Source: Nitrosopumilus sp. (GTDB lineage: Archaea > Thermoproteota > Nitrososphaeria > Nitrososphaerales > Nitrosopumilaceae). From it: a stretch of 64,000 nucleotides of DNA. A model generated the notes under the pieces. It had not been told where the DNA came from, did not search any database, and was given only the letters and a program-made list of their open reading frames with translations. A program made the translations under genes and the position numbers. The stretch lies in the NCBI GenBank assembly GCA_965206745.1, contig OZ242220.1:1344001-1408000 (forward strand). Reading direction: 5' to 3'. Shown in pieces: positions 58,272-64,000 of this stretch (the stretch's first letter is position 1; each line of letters opens with the position of its first letter).

Positions 58272-59186
58272 ATGATTACTATTATTGGTTCAGGCAAAGT
58301 AGGCGGAGATGCGGCTTTATTCTCAGCCTTAAAACGACTAGACGATCAGATATTATTGCTTGATGTTGCAGAGGGGCTTCCTCAAGGGGAAGCAATGGAT
58401 ATCAATCACATGCTATCTGAGCAAGGAATTGATGTGGAGGTGAAAGGCTCAAACAATTTTGCAGACATGAAGGGATCAAACGTGGTGGTGGTAGTTGCAG
58501 GCTCTGGAAGAAAGCCAGGAATGACCAGAATGGATCTTTTGAAAATAAATGCATCTATCGTAAAAAGTGTCGTGGAGAATGTAAGAAAATATGCAGATGA
58601 CTCGATGATAATTCCAGTTACAAATCCGCTTGATCCCATGGCCTACATCACATACAAGGTTTCAGGGTTTGAGAGAAACAGGGTATTTGGCATGGGAGGA
58701 ATGCTTGACTTGTCAAGATTCAGGCAGTTTATCCACGAGGCAACAGGACACTCACGTGACTCTGTCAGGGCCCTAGTAATTGGCGAGCACGGCGAAAACA
58801 TGCTGCCATTGCCAAGATTCTCATCAGTCTCAGGAATCCCTTTGTCGTCTTTTCTTCCAAAAGAGAAGTTAGACGAATTGGTTCTAAATACAAAGCAAGT
58901 TGCAGCTAAAGTTATCGAGCTAAAAGGGGCTACAGTCCATGCCCCAGGAAATGCAATTTCTGCAATTGTCGAATCAGTCGTAAGGGATAGAAAACAAGTC
59001 ATCCCAGTTGCGACATATCTTGACGGGGAGTACGGTCATTCAGATATCACCATAGGGGTTCCGGCAATCATAGGAAAGGGGGGTGTTGAGAAGATTATCG
59101 AGCTGGACCTAAATGACGAAGAGAAACAGGTCTTTGACAAGGGAGTGGAAAGCGTAAAGAGCGCCATTTCAGGCATCACGATCTAA
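58272..59186 (+). CDS. mdh: malate dehydrogenase (LDH-like)
   Basis: [30 protein letters not shown]. Confidence 0.95.
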   Translation: MITIIGSGKVGGDAALFSALKRLDDQILLLDVAEGLPQGEAMDINHMLSEQGIDVEVKGSNNFADMKGSNVVVVVAGSGRKPGMTRMDLLKINASIVKSVVENVRKYADDSMIIPVTNPLDPMAYITYKVSGFERNRVFGMGGMLDLSRFRQFIHEATGHSRDSVRALVIGEHGENMLPLPRFSSVSGIPLSSFLPKEKLDELVLNTKQVAAKVIELKGATVHAPGNAISAIVESVVRDRKQVIPVATYLDGEYGHSDITIGVPAIIGKGGVEKIIELDLNDEEKQVFDKGVESVKSAISGITI

Positions 59187-59219
59187 GCATTTTTTTAGAA
59201 TAGCAGATAAAATCCACCA

Positions 59220-60002
59220 ATGGAGATTCATGAGATTTTGGAGTCATTAAAGAGAGGAAAGATTTCAGTGAACAATGCAAAAAAGCTTTTGTCGCTTTAC
59301 TCAATTGAGCAAGTAGAGGGCTTTGCTAAAATCGACATAAACAGAAGAAAGAGAAGAGGAATTCCAGAAGTAATTTTTGCAGAAACAAAAGAATTAGGAG
59401 AGATTAGGAAAATTACAAAAAAGACTCTGGAAAAAACAAACTCGGTAATAATATCAAGGATCAGGAGGGAGGACTATCCAAAGATACTGTCCTTTTCCAA
59501 AAGATTGAAAGTGAGAATCAAGACTGGAAAAAACTGTTCGTCAATTTTATTATTCAAAAAACCGATCAAGTTCAATGGCGGTAAAGTCGGAATTATGACG
59601 GCAGGCACCTCAGATATCGGAGTTGCAGAAGAATCAAGACTGATGTGTGAGGCAATGAACTGCAAATGCATAACGAGTTATGATGTGGGGGTGGCAGGAA
59701 TACAGCGAGTGTTTCCAATTTTGAAGAGGATGATAGATGAGGATGTAGATTGCATCATAGTTGCAGCAGGAATGGAGGGTGCCTTGGCCACACTTGTATC
59801 CACACTGGTTGATATTCCAATCATAGGCATTCCAATCTCTGTAGGATACGGGTATGGGGGGGAAGGAATAGCGGCCCTTGCATCAATGCTTCAAAGCTGC
59901 TCATTGGGTCTGTCAGTTGTAAACATCGATAATGGGATAGCTGCCGGAGGAATAGCTGCAAATATTGCAAACAGGGCAATCAAAAAAAATTATCCTGATT
60001 AG
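59220..60002 (+). CDS. larB: NPN cofactor carboxylase/hydrolase LarB
   Basis: GIPEVIF, AGTSDIGVAEE, DVGVAG, AGMEGAL, SVGYG, VVNIDNG. Confidence 0.95.
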   Translation: MEIHEILESLKRGKISVNNAKKLLSLYSIEQVEGFAKIDINRRKRRGIPEVIFAETKELGEIRKITKKTLEKTNSVIISRIRREDYPKILSFSKRLKVRIKTGKNCSSILLFKKPIKFNGGKVGIMTAGTSDIGVAEESRLMCEAMNCKCITSYDVGVAGIQRVFPILKRMIDEDVDCIIVAAGMEGALATLVSTLVDIPIIGIPISVGYGYGGEGIAALASMLQSCSLGLSVVNIDNGIAAGGIAANIANRAIKKNYPD

Positions 60003-60061
60003 GATTCCAGACTGATCGTCCTCGTAAATGATATATAACATGCCAAAAAGAAGTTGGGTAA

Positions 60062-61642
60062 TTGGATGGCAAACGTATTGTACTTACTGCTGATCGTAGC
60101 TTGATGACAAATTATAGGGGAAACTTTCTTTACGGATTCATTGCGTGCGGACCGTATGAGGTCCTTCCCGAATGGGTTTTTGACAAGGTATTTTGTCCTT
60201 CAGTTGAGACAGATCCAATAACAGGTGAGGTAAAAGTTGCCCAAGTCGGATTAAGAAGGATAGAAAGTTCACTGATTCAGGGAGGATACAAACGCGAAGA
60301 CGTGTTCATGGCACATCCAGAAATGTTGAACAAATCAATAGGCCCAGATACCAAAGTCGTGGGAATCAATGTGATGGACCCGCTAGGCATGGCGCCAGTT
60401 ACAACTACCATGTCCCCAGAGAAACTGTCCTACGTTGCAATGAAGTTCAAAAAAATGTGTGCCAGCATTATTCAGTTAAAAAAGAAGTATGATTTCAAAG
60501 TCGTAGTCGGGGGAAACGGGGCATGGGAGCTGGCAAAGTCAGACAGAATGAAGATACACGGGATCGACACAGTTGTAGTGGGGGAGGCAGACGAGTTGGC
60601 AGTTGATTTATTCCAGGATTTAGAAAAAAACGATGCGCCAGAGCTAATGCACTGCTTTGTAAGGAATCTCGAAAACATTCCAGTCATCGAGGGCCCTACG
60701 ATTAATTCGCTGATTGAGGCAATGCGTGGATGTGGCAGGGGATGTGACTTTTGCGATGTTAACAAAAGATCAAAGAAGGATCTCCCACTTGAAAGGCTGC
60801 AACATGAGGCCAAAACCAACTTGGATTACGGGTTTGACTCGATATGGCTGCATTCAGATGAAATGCTACTTTATGGATGTGATAACAGAGACTTTGTTCC
60901 AAACAGAGACGCCATTGTAGATTTGTGGAAGGGGCTCAAGGGATTAGGTGCAAACTTTATCGGAACCACACATATGACATTTTCAGCAGTTGCAGCAGAC
61001 CCCACATTGATGCAGCAGATCTCCCACATTAACGAGCAGGATAAAACAGGAAGATGGCTTGCGACAAATCTCGGAATTGAAACGGTTTCGCCTGCAATGG
61101 TAAAGAAACACCTAGGAGTCAAGACAAAACCGTTTGCGCCTGAAGAATGGGGAAGCGTCGTAAGAGAGGGAGCAAAGATTCTAAACGAGAACCATTGGTT
61201 CCCAGCTGCCACCATCATCATTGGCTGGCCTGATGAGACGCCAGATGACATTCAGTATACGATTGACATGATGAGTGATTTTAGAGAGATGGATTTCAGA
61301 GGACTGGTGGCCCCCTTGCTTTATCAGGACTTTAGTGAAAAGAATTCAATGCACTTTGGAAACTTGAACGAGGCCCAATTTACACTGTTTTGGAAGTGCT
61401 GGGAGAACAATTTGCGCGTAATCAATGACATCATTCCAATTATTCTCAGAAACAAGACCTACGGTCCTCCAATGAAGGTTTTCATGTATGGGATTCTCAA
61501 GGCAGGGACTTGGGCGATTATGAGGTATTTGCGAGGATTATGCAAGGATCTCTTCAACGGAAGAACTCCAGATGAGATTATTGACAAATATGCAAGAAGT
61601 AGATCCGTAACGGCACCAAAGATTCAAACAAAGAAACTATAG
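60062..61642 (+). CDS. B12-binding radical SAM protein, GDGT ring synthase (Grs)-like
   Basis: RGCGRGCDFC motif, cobalamin-binding region (VVVGGNGAW, VVGEAD), N-terminal IVLTADRSLMTNY recalled as similar to Grs-family N-termini. Confidence 0.75.
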   Translation: MDGKRIVLTADRSLMTNYRGNFLYGFIACGPYEVLPEWVFDKVFCPSVETDPITGEVKVAQVGLRRIESSLIQGGYKREDVFMAHPEMLNKSIGPDTKVVGINVMDPLGMAPVTTTMSPEKLSYVAMKFKKMCASIIQLKKKYDFKVVVGGNGAWELAKSDRMKIHGIDTVVVGEADELAVDLFQDLEKNDAPELMHCFVRNLENIPVIEGPTINSLIEAMRGCGRGCDFCDVNKRSKKDLPLERLQHEAKTNLDYGFDSIWLHSDEMLLYGCDNRDFVPNRDAIVDLWKGLKGLGANFIGTTHMTFSAVAADPTLMQQISHINEQDKTGRWLATNLGIETVSPAMVKKHLGVKTKPFAPEEWGSVVREGAKILNENHWFPAATIIIGWPDETPDDIQYTIDMMSDFREMDFRGLVAPLLYQDFSEKNSMHFGNLNEAQFTLFWKCWENNLRVINDIIPIILRNKTYGPPMKVFMYGILKAGTWAIMRYLRGLCKDLFNGRTPDEIIDKYARSRSVTAPKIQTKKL

Positions 61643-61954
61643 GTTTTCAATAGCAACATCGGCTATGGTATTTCGTTTTGGGGTTATGGAGACAAAGTAG
61701 ACTTTGTCTGCCCTCTCAATACTTTGAACCTTTTTGAAAGACTTTGATGGGACATCAAATTCATAAATTCCCGGTTCGAGCGAGCCCTTTGCATAAAGCA
61801 TGAGATAAGTGTCCCCAGTTAAAGGATAGAGTGGGATAAAGGACATCACGTAGCCTTTGTAAGAGTTGATTGGCATGGTATTTTTCATCGGTGGGGCAGC
61901 TGATGCCATATACATTAAAAAGTCCTCAACAGATTCAAACTCTTCATATTCCAT
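61637..61954 (-). CDS. conserved hypothetical protein
   Basis: Intact about 105-aa ORF MEYEEFESVEDF...RNTIAD. Confidence 0.75.
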   Translation of the reverse strand: MEYEEFESVEDFLMYMASAAPPMKNTMPINSYKGYVMSFIPLYPLTGDTYLMLYAKGSLEPGIYEFDVPSKSFKKVQSIERADKVYFVSITPKRNTIADVAIENL

Positions 61955-62008
61955 ATGCATGAAATATCCTAATGTGGTTCAATATAATAACCTAGAGTGG
62001 GATTGCAG

Positions 62009-63022
62009 TTATTTTCTAGACTTGATAATTTTGTTAACTTTAAATCCAATCAAGGCAGGTGCTGCAATGTACATTCCCAAATTCAAGGCAATCACAGATA
62101 TTCCCAGTCCCAGGACTTCGGCCTCTGAGCCCTGATCAGCTAGTGACATTATAGATAACGTCGAAAGCATTGGAGTGATCACAAGCTTTACTGCCTCTTT
62201 GAACATTGGGTTCTCTCTCTCCCAATCCGAAACAGTTGGTGCAAATGAATAGTACAGTGTGTTAAATCCGCTCATGAATGCAGTGCCAGAAGATGTACTA
62301 AACAGCGTATTATCTCTGATCTCTCTGAGCAGCTGAACCTGTGGTGCAAGTTCGGTTCCATATGTTGCAGTTGCAATTAGACATCCAGTCTTCTTTTCCT
62401 CGTCTTTAATTGGTACGCACACACCATCTACTCTCTCAGTTCCTGGACCACATTGTAATGGTTTTGGTTCTGCAGGTGGAGCTGGTGGGGGTGGAGGTGG
62501 TGGTGGGGGAGCTACTACTGGGGGTGGAGCTACTACTGGGGGTGGAGCTACTACTGGGGGTGGAGCTACTACTGGAGGTTCTTCTACTGGAGGGGAGTCA
62601 GAACCTGGTGGTTCTCCTCCAACATAATTAACCAAAGCTGTGTTACTATTTGCGCCATATTTTGCTTCAATGGTGTAATCCCCATTTAATTTCCAATTTG
62701 GGCCACCGGCTCTAAAATTAAATTCAAAGGAGCCATCCTCAAGTGGAGTTTCTTGGCCGATGTTAGTATACGATGTTTCATCTGGAGTTGTCACCAGCCA
62801 AGTTATATCACCAGCAGTTAATGCCTTTGAATCATAATCCTTTATGGATCCAGTGACTGTAACAATGCCGCCATTTGAAATGATATCCACATCAGTTGAC
62901 AAAGTCAGAGGGGCAATATTGTGAGTGTCTGCAAAGGCAGAACCATTCACACCATAAGATAAGATTGAGACGGACAATAAAGCAAATGCCAAGAATCCAG
63001 TTAGCCTCATTTTCAATTTCAT
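62009..63022 (-). CDS. CFI-box-CTERM domain surface protein with Pro-rich linker
   Basis: Signal peptide, Ig-like domain, (PPVVAP)n, CGPGT..VDG.C, GCLIATATYGTELAPQVQLLREIRD, C-terminal TM. Confidence 0.9.
   Translation of the reverse strand: MKLKMRLTGFLAFALLSVSILSYGVNGSAFADTHNIAPLTLSTDVDIISNGGIVTVTGSIKDYDSKALTAGDITWLVTTPDETSYTNIGQETPLEDGSFEFNFRAGGPNWKLNGDYTIEAKYGANSNTALVNYVGGEPPGSDSPPVEEPPVVAPPPVVAPPPVVAPPPVVAPPPPPPPPPAPPAEPKPLQCGPGTERVDGVCVPIKDEEKKTGCLIATATYGTELAPQVQLLREIRDNTLFSTSSGTAFMSGFNTLYYSFAPTVSDWERENPMFKEAVKLVITPMLSTLSIMSLADQGSEAEVLGLGISVIALNLGMYIAAPALIGFKVNKIIKSRK
62508..62579. repeat. 18-bp tandem repeat GGAGCTACTACTGGGGGT, 4 copies, encoding (PPVVAP)n
   Basis: Read directly; the last copy has one substitution. 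Confidence 0.93.
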
Positions 63023-63071
63023 TCATTGAACCGAGGTATTTATATTTTCAACGAAAGAAAAATTGACCAGA

Positions 63072-64000
63072 TTATATTCTTATGATGCCTTTATTGAGCA
63101 AATATTGAATCAATTTGACAAAGTCTTCATCAGATATTTGATCACTTGTCCACCATTTGGCACTGATTTTAATCCAAATTGGGATTTCTTGATCGGGGAC
63201 GGGTATTGGGGTAGGTGGAACTGCCACCAGTCCTTCTTCAATCAAAGATTCAAGCACATCTATAAACTCATTATCAGGTATGGCAGCAAAAGACCACAAC
63301 TTTGCACTGTTTTTGACCCAATCAGGAATGAGCAGACCAGACACCACAAATGAGACAGTCTCAACATGAGAGTTGTAATAGGACAAGTCAATATGGTATT
63401 CCCCAGGTAAGGAATCCTCATGGATTGAGATCACAGCCCTATAGCTTCCAGAACTAGATAATACGGCTCCAAAATTTTGCATATCCCCATCAGGGGTCCT
63501 AATAGTTACATCCAATGGAATTCCCCTCCTATGATTGTCTATATTTCCAGAAAGAACAACTTCCCTGACATCTCCTGAAAGTGGCTTTACAACATCATAT
63601 GCGCTGAGTTGCGGGGGGCTGGAATATGACGTGGATTTGTCTTTCAATAAACGAGAAATGCCGGGATTGCCAAGGTCATCTCTGGCATCAAAATATTTTG
63701 CGTCAAGACTGCCTCCTGCAGAAGAGATTAATGCGGTTCCCGAAGAGTTGCATATTTTTGAAGGCATTTTAAACGAGCCCTCAAAAATTCCCGTACTAGG
63801 CCCGGTTTCGGCAAGAGTAAAACCGCTGGCACCTAAACCGCCATGCTCTATCCCGTTGACGGTGCAGCGTTTGTAACGGATATCCTTGATCAAAACTTCA
63901 AGCAAGATAGAGCCGTCTTTTCCAACCGTATCCACATGGGGGGAACTCGGATTATTAATTACAGAATAGACATCAATCAGATCATTTTTCAAATTGAGAT
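63072..64000 (-). CDS. secreted/S-layer-associated protein with C-terminal IPxW(I/V)K repeats (5' end probably outside window)
   Basis: ETGPSTGIF motif; IPDWVKN..W..I.D.EF and IPIWIK..WW...ISD.DF...IQYL...GII repeats; frame open to the window edge. Confidence 0.8.
   Translation of the reverse strand, partial: LNLKNDLIDVYSVINNPSSPHVDTVGKDGSILLEVLIKDIRYKRCTVNGIEHGGLGASGFTLAETGPSTGIFEGSFKMPSKICNSSGTALISSAGGSLDAKYFDARDDLGNPGISRLLKDKSTSYSSPPQLSAYDVVKPLSGDVREVVLSGNIDNHRRGIPLDVTIRTPDGDMQNFGAVLSSSGSYRAVISIHEDSLPGEYHIDLSYYNSHVETVSFVVSGLLIPDWVKNSAKLWSFAAIPDNEFIDVLESLIEEGLVAVPPTPIPVPDQEIPIWIKISAKWWTSDQISDEDFVKLIQYLLNKGIIRI

Noticed and set aside
62410-62631. ORF with (GVELLL)n repeats
   Set aside because: Antisense reading of the PPVVAP repeat.
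1-64000. Inteins, IS elements, integrases, rRNA, SRP or RNase P RNA
   Set aside because: RpoA, RpoB, LeuS and AlaS have normal lengths without insertions; no transposase or integrase motifs and no long GC-rich structured RNA beyond the two tRNAs were seen.

Overview
Core-chromosome segment of an ammonia-oxidising archaeon (Thaumarchaeota/Nitrososphaerota, Nitrosopumilaceae-like). The assignment rests on the fused RpoA'/A'' and unsplit RpoB, PEFG-CTERM and CFI-box-CTERM surface proteins, IPxW(I/V)K repeats and archaeal ribosomal proteins. Most of the window is housekeeping: rpl18-rps5-rpl30-rpl15-secY-adk-cmk-cbf5, secE-spt5-rpl11, rpl1-rpl10/rpl12, alaS-leuS, rpoH-B-A, rpl30e-nusA-rps12-rps7, and two intron-containing tRNAs (Ser-GGA, Gln-CTG). 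The most notable items are: (1) a larC-larE-cysteine desulfurase / mdh-larB cluster for the nickel-pincer cofactor with no larA client in the window, followed by a Grs-like B12 radical SAM gene; (2) an aRF1 paralog that keeps GGQ but has lost its stop-codon-recognition motifs; (3) a hammerhead-ribozyme-like motif inside a degenerate 41-bp tandem repeat after leuS; (4) four tandem PEFG-CTERM genes, three with homogenised 3' ends; (5) a fused GtrB/GtrA plus GT-C glycosylation module; (6) several decayed genes suggesting ongoing gene loss. No CRISPR array, rRNA, integrase or transposase was seen. All product calls come from motif recognition and recalled family knowledge; no database search was run.
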